A DNA stretch of 64,000 bases from Candidatus Caccovivens sp. (GTDB lineage Bacteria > Bacillota > Clostridia > Christensenellales > UBA1242). The stretch lies in contig JBJFCL010000001.1 in assembly GCA_051888935.1 (NCBI GenBank), positions 2,852 to 66,851 of the forward strand, written 5' to 3'. Below, piece by piece: positions 9,789 to 19,961 of the stretch. The first letter of the stretch is position 1. Each line of letters starts with the position of its first letter. The notes beneath the pieces are model-generated. The model was not told the DNA's origin. It saw only the letters and a list, made by a program, of their open reading frames with translations, and did no database searches. A program made the translations under genes and the position numbers.

Positions 9789-9800
9789 GGAAGGTGGATT

Positions 9801-10169
9801 ATGGTACAACCTCAAACAAGACTTAAAGTTGCCGATAACACAGGCGCTAAAGAAATTATGTGTATCAGAGTTCTTGGCGGTTCTTTTAGAAGAAGTGGTA
9901 ATATTGGTGATGTTATTGTGGCTTCCGTAAAGAAAGCTATTCCTGGTGGCAGTGTAAAGAAAGGTGATGTTGTGAAAGCAGTTATCGTTAGAACTACAAA
10001 AGGTCTCAATCGTGCTGATGGTTCACATATTCGTTTTGATGACAACGCTGCGGTTATTATTGACAATCAAAAACAACCTAAGGGCACTCGTGTATTTGGA
10101 CCTATTGCAAGAGAACTTCGTGATAAAGGTTACATGAAAATTATTTCTCTCGCACCAGAAGTTATTTAA
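9801..10169 (+). CDS. rplN: 50S ribosomal protein L14
   Basis: [27 protein letters not shown]. Confidence 0.97.
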   Translation: MVQPQTRLKVADNTGAKEIMCIRVLGGSFRRSGNIGDVIVASVKKAIPGGSVKKGDVVKAVIVRTTKGLNRADGSHIRFDDNAAVIIDNQKQPKGTRVFGPIARELRDKGYMKIISLAPEVI

Positions 10170-10184
10170 AAGGAGAAACTGATA

Positions 10185-10637
10185 ATGAGTATGACAGTTA
10201 AAAAAGGCGATACCGTTTTGGTTATCACTGGAAAAGATAAAGGCAAAACTGGCAAAGTAACCGAAGTTTATCCTGACGATAACAGAGTTTTGGTCGAAGG
10301 AATCAACATTGTTACAAAACACCAAAAAGCAAGAAGACAAGATGAAAAGAGCGCAATCGTAAAGAAAAACGCCCCAATTGAACTTTCAAATGTTATGGTG
10401 GTTTGTCCAGTTTGTGGAAAAGCAACTCGCGTTGCTCACAGCACAATTGATGGCAAGAAGGTTAGAACTTGCAAAAAATGTTCTGCTTCACTTGACAAAG
10501 AATTTGTTAAGGCAACAAAGAAAGAAGCAAAGAAAAACATAACAAAAACAGAAGAGTCAAAGGCAGAAAAAACAACTGCAAAAAAGACATCTTCAACACA
10601 AAAGTCGAAAAAAACAACCGCTGACAAAGCAGAATAG
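10185..10637 (+). CDS. rplX: 50S ribosomal protein L24, long form with a Cys4 motif and a Lys/Thr/Ala-rich tail
   Basis: KOW motif [24 protein letters not shown]...CKKC. At 150 aa it is longer than the roughly 103 aa usual. Confidence 0.93.
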   Translation: MSMTVKKGDTVLVITGKDKGKTGKVTEVYPDDNRVLVEGINIVTKHQKARRQDEKSAIVKKNAPIELSNVMVVCPVCGKATRVAHSTIDGKKVRTCKKCSASLDKEFVKATKKEAKKNITKTEESKAEKTTAKKTSSTQKSKKTTADKAE

Positions 10638-10645
10638 GTGGCAAT

Positions 10646-11194
10646 ATGAAAGAACAAAATCAAACAGCATTGCGCTATAAAGAAGAAATTGTACCTGCTC
10701 TTATCAAAGAGTTTGGTTACAACAATGTCAATGAAGTTCCAAAACTTGTTAAGATTGTTCTTAACATGGGTCTTGGAGATGTTAAAGATAATTCAAAATC
10801 TTTCAACATCGCTGTTGACGAACTTACTTTGATTGCTGGTCAAAAACCTGTTGCAACAAAGGCTAAGAAGGCTATTTCAAACTTCAAAGTTAGAGCAGGA
10901 ATGAAGATTGGTGCAAAGGTTACTCTTCGTGGCAAGAGAATGTATGAATTTTTTGATAGACTCACAGCAATAGCTCTTCCAAGAGTGAGAGATTTTAGAG
11001 GAATTTCTGACAAATCTTTTGATGGCAGAGGAAATTACTCAATGGGCATCAAAGAACAACTCATCTTCCCTGAAATTTCATATGACAAAGTAGAAAAAAT
11101 CAGAGGACTTGATATTTCATTTATCACCACTGCAAAAACAGATGCAGAGGCAAAAGCACTTTTGAAGGCACTTGGACTGCCTTTTGCTAGATAG
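10646..11194 (+). CDS. rplE: 50S ribosomal protein L5
   Basis: Conserved order. [18 protein letters not shown]-terminus. Confidence 0.96.
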   Translation: MKEQNQTALRYKEEIVPALIKEFGYNNVNEVPKLVKIVLNMGLGDVKDNSKSFNIAVDELTLIAGQKPVATKAKKAISNFKVRAGMKIGAKVTLRGKRMYEFFDRLTAIALPRVRDFRGISDKSFDGRGNYSMGIKEQLIFPEISYDKVEKIRGLDISFITTAKTDAEAKALLKALGLPFAR

Positions 11195-11205
11195 GAGGAG
11201 AGAGT

Positions 11206-11391
11206 ATGGCAAAGAAATCTTTAATTGCAAAACAAAAAAGAATACCTAAATACAAATCAAGAGAATATACTCGTTGCTCCATTTGTGGCAGACCTCATGC
11301 AGTGCTTCGTAAGTATGGAATTTGCAGAATTTGTTTTAGAGAAATGGCTAACCGCGGGGAAATTCCTGGCGTGAAAAAGTCAAGTTGGTAA
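11206..11391 (+). CDS. rpsN: 30S ribosomal protein S14, zinc-binding type Z (61 aa)
   Basis: [23 protein letters not shown], a CxxC...CxxC motif. Confidence 0.96.
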   Translation: MAKKSLIAKQKRIPKYKSREYTRCSICGRPHAVLRKYGICRICFREMANRGEIPGVKKSSW

Positions 11392-11401
11392 GGAGGGAAT
11401 T

Positions 11402-11800
11402 ATGTTTATTACAGACCCAATCGCAGATATGTTGACTCGTCTTCGTAATGCTATCAGCGCAAAACACAAGACTGTTGAAATTCCTGCATCAAAAGAAAAA
11501 TTAGAAATCACGAAAATTCTTTTGGAAGAAGGCTATATCGCTGAATACAAACTCGTTGACGCTGGTTCTTTCAAAAATATTGAGGTTACACTCAAATATA
11601 CTGAGGATGGCGACAGTGTTATTCAAGGTTTGAAGAGAATTTCAAAACCTGGTCTTCGTATTTATTCCAGCAAAGACAATCTTCCAAAAGTTATAAGCGG
11701 ACTTGGCATTGCTATCATTTCCACAAACAAAGGTATTGTAACTGACAAAGTTGCAAGAAGTTTGAATGTTGGTGGCGAAGTTCTCGCTTATGTATGGTAA
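11402..11800 (+). CDS. rpsH: 30S ribosomal protein S8
   Basis: [14 protein letters not shown] motif. Confidence 0.97.
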   Translation: MFITDPIADMLTRLRNAISAKHKTVEIPASKEKLEITKILLEEGYIAEYKLVDAGSFKNIEVTLKYTEDGDSVIQGLKRISKPGLRIYSSKDNLPKVISGLGIAIISTNKGIVTDKVARSLNVGGEVLAYVW

Positions 11801-11811
11801 GGAGGGCGGTC

Positions 11812-12354
11812 ATGTCTAGAATAGGAAATAAACCAATTAAACTTGAAAGTGGAGTTACTTTTGCTCGTAATGATGACGAAATCACAATCACTGGACCAAA
11901 AGGAACTTTGAAACAAGTTGTTGACAGAAATGTAAAGACCGAAGTGAAGGACAACGAACTTCATTTCACATATGATAAAGCTGACCTCAATGCAAAACAA
12001 GGTTTGGCAAGAGCACTTGTTAACAACATGATTGTTGGTGTAACAAAAGGCTGGGAAAAGAAACTTATTATTGCCGGAGTTGGTTACAAGGCACAAGTGA
12101 ATGGAAATAAACTCACTTTAAATCTTGGCTATTCTCACCCAATCGAAGTTGAAATCCCATCAGATTTGAAAGTTACTTGCCCACAAGTTACCGAAATTTT
12201 GGTGTCAGGTATTGACAAACAAAGAGTTGGTCAATTCTGTGCAATGGTAAGAACTAAAAGACCTTACGAACCATATCATGGCTACGGCGTTCATGCCGAA
12301 GGCGAAAGATTGGTTAGAAAAGTTGGTAAGGCTGCCGGCAAGGGTAAGAAGTAA
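11812..12354 (+). CDS. rplF: 50S ribosomal protein L6
   Basis: MSRIGNKPIKL after GGAGGG. Start trimmed from the track ORF. Confidence 0.95.
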   Translation: MSRIGNKPIKLESGVTFARNDDEITITGPKGTLKQVVDRNVKTEVKDNELHFTYDKADLNAKQGLARALVNNMIVGVTKGWEKKLIIAGVGYKAQVNGNKLTLNLGYSHPIEVEIPSDLKVTCPQVTEILVSGIDKQRVGQFCAMVRTKRPYEPYHGYGVHAEGERLVRKVGKAAGKGKK

Positions 12355-12368
12355 GAGGAGAGAGATAA

Positions 12369-12737
12369 ATGATTACTGTTAAAGATAAAAACAAAGACAG
12401 AGTTGTTCGTCATGCAAGAGTTAGAAAAACTGTTGTTGGCACATCTGAAAGACCAAGACTCAATGTTTACAGAAGTCTTTCAAATATCTATGCTCAAATC
12501 ATTGATGACTCTAAGGGTGTGACCCTTGTTTCTGCTTCTACACTTGACAAGGAAGTTGTTGAACTTATCAATGGAAAGAACAAAACGGAAGCCGCTAGAA
12601 TTGTTGGCGAAGTTGTTGGAAAAAGAGCGAAGGCTAAGAAAATCAAAGAAGTCGTTTTTGATAGAGGTGGATACCTTTACACTGGACGAGTTCAAGCAGT
12701 TGCTGATGGCGCTAGAGCCGCAGGACTGGAGTTTTAG
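12369..12737 (+). CDS. rplR: 50S ribosomal protein L18
   Basis: [23 protein letters not shown] motif. Confidence 0.96.
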   Translation: MITVKDKNKDRVVRHARVRKTVVGTSERPRLNVYRSLSNIYAQIIDDSKGVTLVSASTLDKEVVELINGKNKTEAARIVGEVVGKRAKAKKIKEVVFDRGGYLYTGRVQAVADGARAAGLEF

Positions 12738-12746
12738 GAGGACGCA

Positions 12747-13295
12747 ATGGCAGAAGAATTGAAAAAGAAAAGAGAAGACAAACCTGCAAACAATCGTCGT
12801 GAAAGACCTGTTAAGAAGGAAGATGACGGAATGGACAAGCGTCTTGTTCATGTTCGTCGTGTAACTAAGGTTGTTAAAGGTGGACGAACAATGCGTTTCT
12901 CCGCTCTTGTTGTTCTTGGAGATGGCAAGGGCAATGTTGGAATGGGAATCGGTAAAGCTGGTGAAGTTCCAAACGCAATCGATAAAGCAACAGTTGTTGC
13001 AAAGAAAAACATGAAGAAAGTTGCTATCGTTGAAGGAACAATCCCTCACGAAACAGTTGGAAAATACAGCACAACAAGCATTTTGATGATGCCTGCGGAA
13101 GAAGGTCACGGAGTTATCGCTGGTGGCGCTGCCAGAGCAGTTCTTGAAGTTGCTGGTGTAAAGAACATTGTGACAAAGATTCATGGTTCAACAAATAGAA
13201 TTAATGTTGTTAGAGCAACTTTGAATGGGCTTCTTTCTCTTAAAACAAGAGAAGAAATTGCCGCTCGTCGTGGCAAAAAGCCTGAGGAAATTTAA
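12747..13295 (+). CDS. rpsE: 30S ribosomal protein S5
   Basis: [33 protein letters not shown] motif. Confidence 0.97.
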   Translation: MAEELKKKREDKPANNRRERPVKKEDDGMDKRLVHVRRVTKVVKGGRTMRFSALVVLGDGKGNVGMGIGKAGEVPNAIDKATVVAKKNMKKVAIVEGTIPHETVGKYSTTSILMMPAEEGHGVIAGGAARAVLEVAGVKNIVTKIHGSTNRINVVRATLNGLLSLKTREEIAARRGKKPEEI

Positions 13296-13307
13296 TCGGA
13301 GGGCATC

Positions 13308-13490
13308 ATGAACAAAAAAACACTTAAAGTTACTTGGGTTAAAAGTGCGATTGGCTACAACAAAAATCAAATGAAGATTTTGGAAGCTCTCGGCTTTAAA
13401 AAACTCAATCAAACTAGAATTTTACCAGACAATGAGTCTATTCGTGGAAGTTTGTACCATGTAAGACATCTTGTTGTGGTTGAAGAGTAA
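13308..13490 (+). CDS. rpmD: 50S ribosomal protein L30
   Basis: 60 aa. LKVTWVKSAIGYNKNQ motif. Position fits. Confidence 0.93.
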   Translation: MNKKTLKVTWVKSAIGYNKNQMKILEALGFKKLNQTRILPDNESIRGSLYHVRHLVVVEE

Positions 13491-13500
13491 GGAGGACGCC

Positions 13501-13947
13501 GTGAAATTAGAAAATCTTAAACCTGCAGAAGGTTCTAAAACAAAAAAATTTAGAATCGGTCGTGGTATCGGTTCTGGCAACGGCAAAACCTCTGGAAAAG
13601 GTCATAAAGGACAATGGGCTAGAAGTGGTGGCGGAGTAAAGGCAGGCTTTGAAGGTGGAAATATTCCAATGATTAGAAAGTTGCCAATTCGTGGTTTCAA
13701 CAACTACAATTACCGCAAGAATTATTCCACAGTTAATGTTGGCGACCTCGAAATTTTTGAAGCAAATGCTGAAATTACCGAAGAACTTTTGTATGAAACA
13801 AGAGTTATTGGTAAACGTGCACCTTATGGACTTAAAGTTTTGGGAAATGGAGAGATTTCAAAACCTCTTACAATCCATGCTAAGAAGGCTACAAAATCTG
13901 CAATTGAAAAGGTGGAAAAAGCAGGCGGAAAAATTGTTATTGAATAA
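13501..13947 (+). CDS. rplO: 50S ribosomal protein L15
   Basis: GTG start after AAGGAGG. KLENLKPAEGSK...GRGIGSGNGKTSGKGHKGQ. Confidence 0.93.
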   Translation: MKLENLKPAEGSKTKKFRIGRGIGSGNGKTSGKGHKGQWARSGGGVKAGFEGGNIPMIRKLPIRGFNNYNYRKNYSTVNVGDLEIFEANAEITEELLYETRVIGKRAPYGLKVLGNGEISKPLTIHAKKATKSAIEKVEKAGGKIVIE

Positions 13948-14003
13948 CAATAAAAACCGTTTTTGCTATGCAGAACAAAACAATCAAAATCGAGGAGTAA
14001 TTT

Positions 14004-15302
14004 ATGTTTAAAACTCTTGTAAACGCTTTTAAAGTTAAGGACCTAAGAAAAAAAATCCTCATAACACTTGGACTTCTCATTCTTTATCGTGTGGGTTGTG
14101 CTCTTGTTTGTCCAGGATTTGACCTTTCAAGCGCGATTAAGGACCAAACATCAGGAACAACATTCTTTTCACTTATGAATATGCTTTCTGGTGACGCGTT
14201 GTCAAATGGCTCTATTCTAGCACTTGGCGTTTCACCTTATATTACAGCATCAATTGTTATACAATTGCTCACAGTTGCGATTCCTTCTTTGCAAAATCTT
14301 TCAAGACAAGGCGAAGATGGAAGAAGAAAAATAAATTTCTACACCCGTATCTGTGCACTTGTTTTGGCACTTGCGCAAGCAATTGGAATTGTTGTTTCAT
14401 TTAGAGCACAGATTGCCACAAATCTCAACATTCCAACTTGGCTTATTGCCTCAGGAATAGTCTTGATTTTGACTGCTGGTGCAATGTTTACAGTTTGGCT
14501 TGGCGAAAAGATTACACAACTTGGAGTTGGCAACGGAATGAGTTTGTTGATTTTTGTTGGTATCCTTTCATCAGCAGGCAGTGGAATTGCAAGTGCTATT
14601 GCACAAGTTGGAGACAATATTGAAAATCTTTGGATGATTATAATCTATATTGTTGCACTTGTTTTGATATTTGGACTTATCGTTTTCATGGATTCTTCGG
14701 AAAGAAGAGTAAATGTGAAATATGCCAAACAAATCAAAGGCAGAAAGATGTATGGTGGTCAAGATACTTTCATTCCAATCAAAATGAATGCATCTGGCGT
14801 TATGCCAATCATCTTTGCTTCGTCACTTTTGACTTTGCCTCAACTTATTATGAGCATTTTTTGGCCAAACTCTGATGCTTATTATTGGTATCAAACATAT
14901 ATGGGCACAAGTTCTTGGGTATACATCGTACTTTTGGCACTTCTTATCTTTGCTTTTGCATTCTTCTATGCAACAATTTCGTTTGACACAGACGATATTT
15001 CAAGAAGATTGCAACAACAAGGTGGATTTGTTCCAGGAATTCGTCCGGGCAAGACTACATCAGATTATTTAAAGAAAATTAACAATCGTATTACACTTTT
15101 TAGTGCTTTCTTCCTTGCGTTTATCGCACTCATTCCATCTTTGGCGTTTAAGGCAGTTGGAGATATGAACTCAACAATGGCAAGTCTTATCAATGCATTC
15201 TCAACCACTGGTCTTATGATTATGGTTTCAGTTGCACTTGAATTTGACAAAGGCTTAAATGCACAAATGCTTATGAGAAATTATAAAGGATTTTTGGACT
15301 AA
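14004..15302 (+). CDS. secY: Preprotein translocase subunit SecY
   Basis: 432 aa and 10-TM. Conserved position after rplO. Confidence 0.96.
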   Translation: MFKTLVNAFKVKDLRKKILITLGLLILYRVGCALVCPGFDLSSAIKDQTSGTTFFSLMNMLSGDALSNGSILALGVSPYITASIVIQLLTVAIPSLQNLSRQGEDGRRKINFYTRICALVLALAQAIGIVVSFRAQIATNLNIPTWLIASGIVLILTAGAMFTVWLGEKITQLGVGNGMSLLIFVGILSSAGSGIASAIAQVGDNIENLWMIIIYIVALVLIFGLIVFMDSSERRVNVKYAKQIKGRKMYGGQDTFIPIKMNASGVMPIIFASSLLTLPQLIMSIFWPNSDAYYWYQTYMGTSSWVYIVLLALLIFAFAFFYATISFDTDDISRRLQQQGGFVPGIRPGKTTSDYLKKINNRITLFSAFFLAFIALIPSLAFKAVGDMNSTMASLINAFSTTGLMIMVSVALEFDKGLNAQMLMRNYKGFLD

Positions 15303-15419
15303 TCTGGGGTGGCAACAAACTTTTAAACGCGGATACGCATTAGGCAAATCGCTAAAAGTTGTTTTCGCTCCTACCTGCCCATTCATTATAAGGGTAACTT
15401 GAAAACAAGATTTTCAGGT

Positions 15420-15449
15420 TTGCAAATTGGGGTAGATGTTGCTTATAAT
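15420..15449 (+). promoter_or_regulatory. Candidate internal promoter ahead of adk
   Basis: TTGCAA (15420-15425), 18 nt, TATAAT (15444-15449). Lies in an unusually long 170-nt secY-adk spacer. Confidence 0.45.
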
Positions 15450-15472
15450 AGTTAAGTTTTGAGGAGGTTGAT

Positions 15473-16093
15473 ATGAATTTAATACTTCTTGGAGCACCAT
15501 TTTCAGGAAAAGGTACACTTGCAAGACATATTGTTGAAGATTTTGGACTTGTTCAAATCTCCACAGGTGACCTTTTCCGAGAAAATATCAAAAACAAAAC
15601 AGAAGTTGGACTTTTGGCAAAAAGTTATATGGACAAAGGTCAACTTGTTCCAGATAGCGTTACTGTTGAACTGTTAAAGGAAAGAATTTCAAGAGAAGAC
15701 TGTAAAAATGGTTTTATCTTGGACGGATTTCCAAGAACTGTTGCTCAGGCAAACGCTCTTGCATCACTTACAAAAATTGATGCAGTCATTCTTTTGAACG
15801 TTCCGTTTGAAATTATCAAACGCCGTTGCTTAGGTCGAAGAATTTGTAGTAAATGTGGTGAAATTTACAACACTTCTTCCTATTCTAAATCTACTTGTGA
15901 AAAATGCCATTCACCATTGTTCCAAAGAGATGACGATAATTTGGAAACATTAAACAGTCGTCTGGAAGTTTATGACAAACAGACAACACCACTCATAAAC
16001 TTCTACGCTGATAGGCTGTTTGAAGTCGATGGGAGCAAAACCCCAGAAGACGCATACGAGCCTGTGAAAAACTTTTTAAAAGGGAATGTATGA
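15473..16093 (+). CDS. adk: Adenylate kinase with Cys4 zinc lid
   Basis: P-loop GAPFSGKGT. Lid CSKCGEIY...CEKC. Confidence 0.95.
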   Translation: MNLILLGAPFSGKGTLARHIVEDFGLVQISTGDLFRENIKNKTEVGLLAKSYMDKGQLVPDSVTVELLKERISREDCKNGFILDGFPRTVAQANALASLTKIDAVILLNVPFEIIKRRCLGRRICSKCGEIYNTSSYSKSTCEKCHSPLFQRDDDNLETLNSRLEVYDKQTTPLINFYADRLFEVDGSKTPEDAYEPVKNFLKGNV

Positions 16094-16860
16094 TTCAAAA
16101 AACTCCTGCGGAAATTGTCTTAATCAAAAAAGCGTGTGAAATCACGAGAGACGCTCTCATTTATGCAAAATCTTTGATAAAAGAGGGAGTTTCAACTTTT
16201 GATATTGACAAATCATTAGAAAAGTTTATAATAGAAAGTGGTGGTTCGCCTGCATGTCTTGGTTATGAAGGTTTTCCTGCTGCAACTTGCATTTCGGTCA
16301 ACGAAACTGTCGTACACGGAATCCCAAACAAAGACATCATCTTAAAGAAAGGCGACATTGTCAGCGTCGATTTGGTTGTGGCTTACAAAGGTTATCACGG
16401 CGACGCGGCAAGGACTTATCCTGTCGGTGAGGTTAGTGCGGAGAAAGAAAAACTTATGCGTGTCACAAAAGAATGTTTCTTCAAGGGAATTGAAAACATT
16501 CGAGTTGGCGACCGCTTGGGAAAACTTTCAAACGCTATCCAAACTCATGCAGAGTCGAATGGATTTTCGGTTGTTCGAGAACTCTGCGGACATGGAATAG
16601 GTCGAAGAATGCATGAAGCACCATCTGTGCTCAACTACGGTAAACCAACAGATGGTCCAGTGATTGCCGAAAATGCTGTGCTTGCCATTGAACCAATGAT
16701 AAACGCTGGCAAAAAGGAAATCAACATGCTGAGTGATGGTTGGGGAATTGTCACTCGTGACAGACGACCATCAGCACATTACGAAAATACCGTATTATTT
16801 ACACGCGAAGGTTTGCAAATCTTGACCTTGGAGAATGACGATGAATATTATGCAAGGTGA
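16090..16860 (+). CDS. map: Type I methionine aminopeptidase
   Basis: Conserved position and the Asp/His/Glu metal-ligand pattern. Ends in TGA at 16858-16860. Confidence 0.94.
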   Translation: MIQKTPAEIVLIKKACEITRDALIYAKSLIKEGVSTFDIDKSLEKFIIESGGSPACLGYEGFPAATCISVNETVVHGIPNKDIILKKGDIVSVDLVVAYKGYHGDAARTYPVGEVSAEKEKLMRVTKECFFKGIENIRVGDRLGKLSNAIQTHAESNGFSVVRELCGHGIGRRMHEAPSVLNYGKPTDGPVIAENAVLAIEPMINAGKKEINMLSDGWGIVTRDRRPSAHYENTVLFTREGLQILTLENDDEYYAR

Positions 16861-17119
16861 TGTGGTTGTGGCAATCGCAGGTAAAGAAAAAAATCAAATT
16901 TTTGTGGTACAGAAAATTGAAGGCAACTTTTGCTTTTTGGTGGACGGTGACCGACTTAAATTGACTAAACCGAAGAAAAAAAGCCTAAAACATGTTCAGA
17001 AGGCTTCAAAAATCAAGTTTGACTGCATTAAACTTGAATCTGGACAAGAAAACATCAATGCGGAAATCAGAAAATTTTTAAAAGCAAGGAGAGAATATGT
17101 CGAAGGAAGATGTAATTGA
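16841..17119 (+). CDS. Small KOW-domain protein (L14e-like RNA-binding protein found between map and infA in Clostridia)
   Basis: [21 protein letters not shown]-like motif. Overlaps map by 20 nt and infA by 23 nt. Start is uncertain: 16835, 16841 or 16850. Confidence 0.65.
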   Translation: MNIMQGDVVVAIAGKEKNQIFVVQKIEGNFCFLVDGDRLKLTKPKKKSLKHVQKASKIKFDCIKLESGQENINAEIRKFLKARREYVEGRCN

Positions 17120-17318
17120 GTTTGAGGGTGTGGTTACAGAAGTGTTGCCAAGCATGACTTTTAAAGTTACGCTATCAAATGGCCATGTAATTACAGCATA
17201 TATCTCAGGGAAACTTAGACAAAACTTCATTAGAATTATCGAAGGCGATAAAGTAAAAATTGAAATGAGTCCGTATGACCTCTCCAAAGGTAGAATCACT
17301 TGGAGAGACAAGGCGTAA
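17097..17318 (+). CDS. infA: Translation initiation factor IF-1
   Basis: [28 protein letters not shown]. Confidence 0.97.
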   Translation: MSKEDVIEFEGVVTEVLPSMTFKVTLSNGHVITAYISGKLRQNFIRIIEGDKVKIEMSPYDLSKGRITWRDKA

Positions 17319-17330
17319 AAGGAGCAAAAA

Positions 17331-17447
17331 ATGAAAGTCAGAGCATCTGTAAAACCTATGTGTGACCAATGCAAAGTGATTAAGAGAAAAGGTAAAGTTA
17401 TGGTTATTTGCCCAAAGAGCGCAAAACATAAACAAACACAAGGTTAA
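17331..17447 (+). CDS. rpmJ: 50S ribosomal protein L36 (38 aa, below the ORF-track cutoff)
   Basis: Hand translation [42 protein letters not shown] upstream. Confidence 0.93.
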   Translation: MKVRASVKPMCDQCKVIKRKGKVMVICPKSAKHKQTQG

Positions 17448-17472
17448 TAAAACATTAAAGGAGAATTTATAA

Positions 17473-17850
17473 ATGGCACGTATTGCTGGTGTTGACCTTC
17501 CAAGAGAAAAGAGATTGGAATATGGTTTGACTTATATTTACGGAATTGGTGTTAAAACCGCAAGAGATATCTGCAAAGAAACAGGACTTTCTTTGGATAT
17601 TCGTGTAAAGGATTTAACAGAAGACCAAGTTGCAAAACTTCGTAACTATATCGAACACAACCTCACAGTTGAAGGTGAACTTAAATCAAAAGTTAGCATG
17701 AATATCAAGAAACTCAACGAAATTGGTTGTTATCGTGGTATTCGTCACAGAAAAGGACTTCCAGTTCGCGGACAAAGCACAAAGAACAATGCAAGAACTA
17801 GAAAAGGTCCTAAGAAAATCGTTAGCGGAAGCGCTAAGAAGGGTAAGTAA
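17473..17850 (+). CDS. rpsM: 30S ribosomal protein S13
   Basis: [14 protein letters not shown]. Confidence 0.97.
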   Translation: MARIAGVDLPREKRLEYGLTYIYGIGVKTARDICKETGLSLDIRVKDLTEDQVAKLRNYIEHNLTVEGELKSKVSMNIKKLNEIGCYRGIRHRKGLPVRGQSTKNNARTRKGPKKIVSGSAKKGK

Positions 17851-17860
17851 GAGGTAAACT

Positions 17861-18265
17861 ATGGCAAATGTAAAGACAAAGACAACTGCAAAGAGAACAA
17901 AAAAGAGAGTTTCTAAAAACATTGACAAAGGTCAAGTTCATATCACAACCTCTTTTAACAATAACCTCATTGTTTTCACAGATATGGAAGGCAATGTTAT
18001 TTCTTCCTGCTCATCTGGAAGACTTGGACTCAAAGGTTCAAAAAAGAGCACACCATTTGCTGCACAAACTTGTGTTGAAACAGCAGGAAAGGTTGCACTT
18101 GACAACGGAATGAAATCTGTTGAAGTTTATGTTAAAGGACCAGGAAACGGCAGAGAAAATGCTATTCGTTGCCTCTCAACTCTTGGTTTTAATGTAACAC
18201 TTATTAAGGATGTTTCTCCAATCGCTCATAACGGTTGCAGACCTCCAAAAAGAAGAAGAATTTAA
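17861..18265 (+). CDS. rpsK: 30S ribosomal protein S11
   Basis: [30 protein letters not shown]. Confidence 0.97.
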   Translation: MANVKTKTTAKRTKKRVSKNIDKGQVHITTSFNNNLIVFTDMEGNVISSCSSGRLGLKGSKKSTPFAAQTCVETAGKVALDNGMKSVEVYVKGPGNGRENAIRCLSTLGFNVTLIKDVSPIAHNGCRPPKRRRI

Positions 18266-18280
18266 AAGGAGAATCGAAAA

Positions 18281-18901
18281 ATGGCAAGAACTATTGAACC
18301 TGATTGCCGTCAATGTAGAAGAGAAGGACGCAAACTTTTCCTTAAAGGTGAAAGATGTACAACCAAAAAGTGTGCTATGGAAAGAAGACCAGTTATTCCT
18401 GGACAACATGGCGCTTCAAGAAAGAGAGTAACAGAATACGGACTTCAACTTCGCGAAAAGCAAAAAGTTAAGAGAATGTACGGCATTTTGGAAAAGCAAT
18501 TTAGAAAATATTATGAAGACGCTGCAAAGACAAAGGGTGTTACTGGTGAAAACATGTTGTCTCTCATCGAAAGAAGACTTGACAATGTTGTTTACCGTAT
18601 GGGAATTGGTGCATCCAGAGCTGAGTGTCGTCAAATCGTAAACCATGGACATATCTGTGTTAACGGAAAGCGTGTAAACATCGCTTCTTACAGAGTTAAG
18701 GTTGGCGATGTGATTAGCATTAAAGAAAACAAACAAGAACTTGAAATGTTTAAAGACCTCAAAGGCATGAAGATTGTTATGCCAAAATGGTTGGAATTTA
18801 ACACTGAAACCTTGACCGGAAAAATTCTTGCTCTTCCAGTAAGAGAAGATATTGACACCGACATCAAAGAACAACTCATCGTCGAATTGTATTCGAGATA
18901 A
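18281..18901 (+). CDS. rpsD: 30S ribosomal protein S4 (Cys-containing N-terminus)
   Basis: [31 protein letters not shown]. Confidence 0.96.
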   Translation: MARTIEPDCRQCRREGRKLFLKGERCTTKKCAMERRPVIPGQHGASRKRVTEYGLQLREKQKVKRMYGILEKQFRKYYEDAAKTKGVTGENMLSLIERRLDNVVYRMGIGASRAECRQIVNHGHICVNGKRVNIASYRVKVGDVISIKENKQELEMFKDLKGMKIVMPKWLEFNTETLTGKILALPVREDIDTDIKEQLIVELYSR

Positions 18902-18922
18902 TAATTAGGGGGATTTAAAATT

Positions 18923-19876
18923 ATGATGGAAATGGAAAAGCCGAGAATCACTTGTGAAGAAACCGATGGCGGAAGTTATGCAAGATTTGTTGTTGAACCA
19001 CTTGAAAAGGGATATGGCATCACTCTTGGGAATTGCATGAGAAGAACACTTCTCTCATCACTTCCAGGTTCTGCGGTTATCGCTTTTAGAATTGCTGGCG
19101 TTGCTCATGAATTTTCAACAATTCGTGGTGTGACCGAAGATGTTGTTGACATTGTTTTGAACTTGAAATGTTTGGCTGTTAAATGCACAAATCAAGACAA
19201 AAACTTTGTAACTTATTTGAAAATAAGAAAAAACACTGCTGGCGAAGTTACTGCAAAAGATTTTGAAGCTAACGACCAAGTTGAAATCTTGAACCCAGAC
19301 CTTCACATTTGCACAATGGATGAAGGCGCTGTTCTCGACCTTGATGTTATGATTGGAAATGGTCGCGGATATGTGACAAGTGATGACAACAAAAACAAGT
19401 ATGACAACATTGATTTCATTGCAGTTGACAGCATTTTCTCACCAGTAAAGAAAGTTAATTTCAGTGTTGATGCAACCCGTGTTGGTCAAAGCATTGACTA
19501 TGATAAACTCACTCTTGAAGTTACAACAAACGGCACAACAAGTGCAAGAGAAATTGTTTCACTTGCTGGCAAAATCATCAACGAACATGTAAATTTGTTT
19601 ATTGAACTTTGCAGTGAAATGAGTGATATGTCTATCTTAGTTTCCAAAGAAGAAGACAAACAAGTGAAACTTATGGAACTTCCTATTGAAGAAATGGACC
19701 TTTCCGTTCGTTCTTACAACTGCCTCAAACGCGCAGGTATAAACACCATTCAAGACCTCTTGAAAAAATCCAAGAGCGATATGTTTAAAGTTCGCAACCT
19801 TGGTGCAAAGTCGGTTGAAGAAGTTATACAGAAACTTGAAAGTTACGGATTCAGCCTTAGAAAAGACGAAGAGTAA
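18923..19876 (+). CDS. rpoA: DNA-directed RNA polymerase alpha subunit
   Basis: FVVEPLEKGYGITLGN N-terminal domain. C-terminal LSVRSYNCLKRAGINTIQDL. Confidence 0.96.
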   Translation: MMEMEKPRITCEETDGGSYARFVVEPLEKGYGITLGNCMRRTLLSSLPGSAVIAFRIAGVAHEFSTIRGVTEDVVDIVLNLKCLAVKCTNQDKNFVTYLKIRKNTAGEVTAKDFEANDQVEILNPDLHICTMDEGAVLDLDVMIGNGRGYVTSDDNKNKYDNIDFIAVDSIFSPVKKVNFSVDATRVGQSIDYDKLTLEVTTNGTTSAREIVSLAGKIINEHVNLFIELCSEMSDMSILVSKEEDKQVKLMELPIEEMDLSVRSYNCLKRAGINTIQDLLKKSKSDMFKVRNLGAKSVEEVIQKLESYGFSLRKDEE

Positions 19877-19880
19877 TTTT

Positions 19881-19907
19881 TGTGCCATTGGCACATTTGG
19901 GATTTTT
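19881..19907 (+). terminator. Hairpin / partial terminator between rpoA and rplQ
   Basis: TGTGCC (19881-19886) / GGCACA (19890-19895) followed by TTTGGGATTTTT. Confidence 0.35.
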
Positions 19908-19961
19908 CCTATTTAAAAGAAAAAATGAGGCGAGTTGCCTCAACAAAAAGGAGATAAGTAA

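Noticed and set aside
12480-13184. 234-aa antisense ORF across rplR/rpsE. Similar long antisense ORFs occur at 24797..25474 (dnaE), 31344..31985 (tkt), 41212..41769 (tilS), 46723..47400 (tyrS) and 56089..56670 (rlmN/rsgA).
   Set aside because: Each lies fully inside a strongly supported conserved gene on the other strand and has no RBS. Their products are low-complexity and Cys/Phe/Asn-rich, typical of the open antisense frame produced by codon bias.
16858-16860. Possibility of a Mollicutes-type genetic code (TGA = Trp), given the low GC content and compact genome.
   Set aside because: map ends at TGA at its expected length, as do XRE paralogue B (TGA at 48194-48196) and several other genes. 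Code 11 fits every conserved protein.
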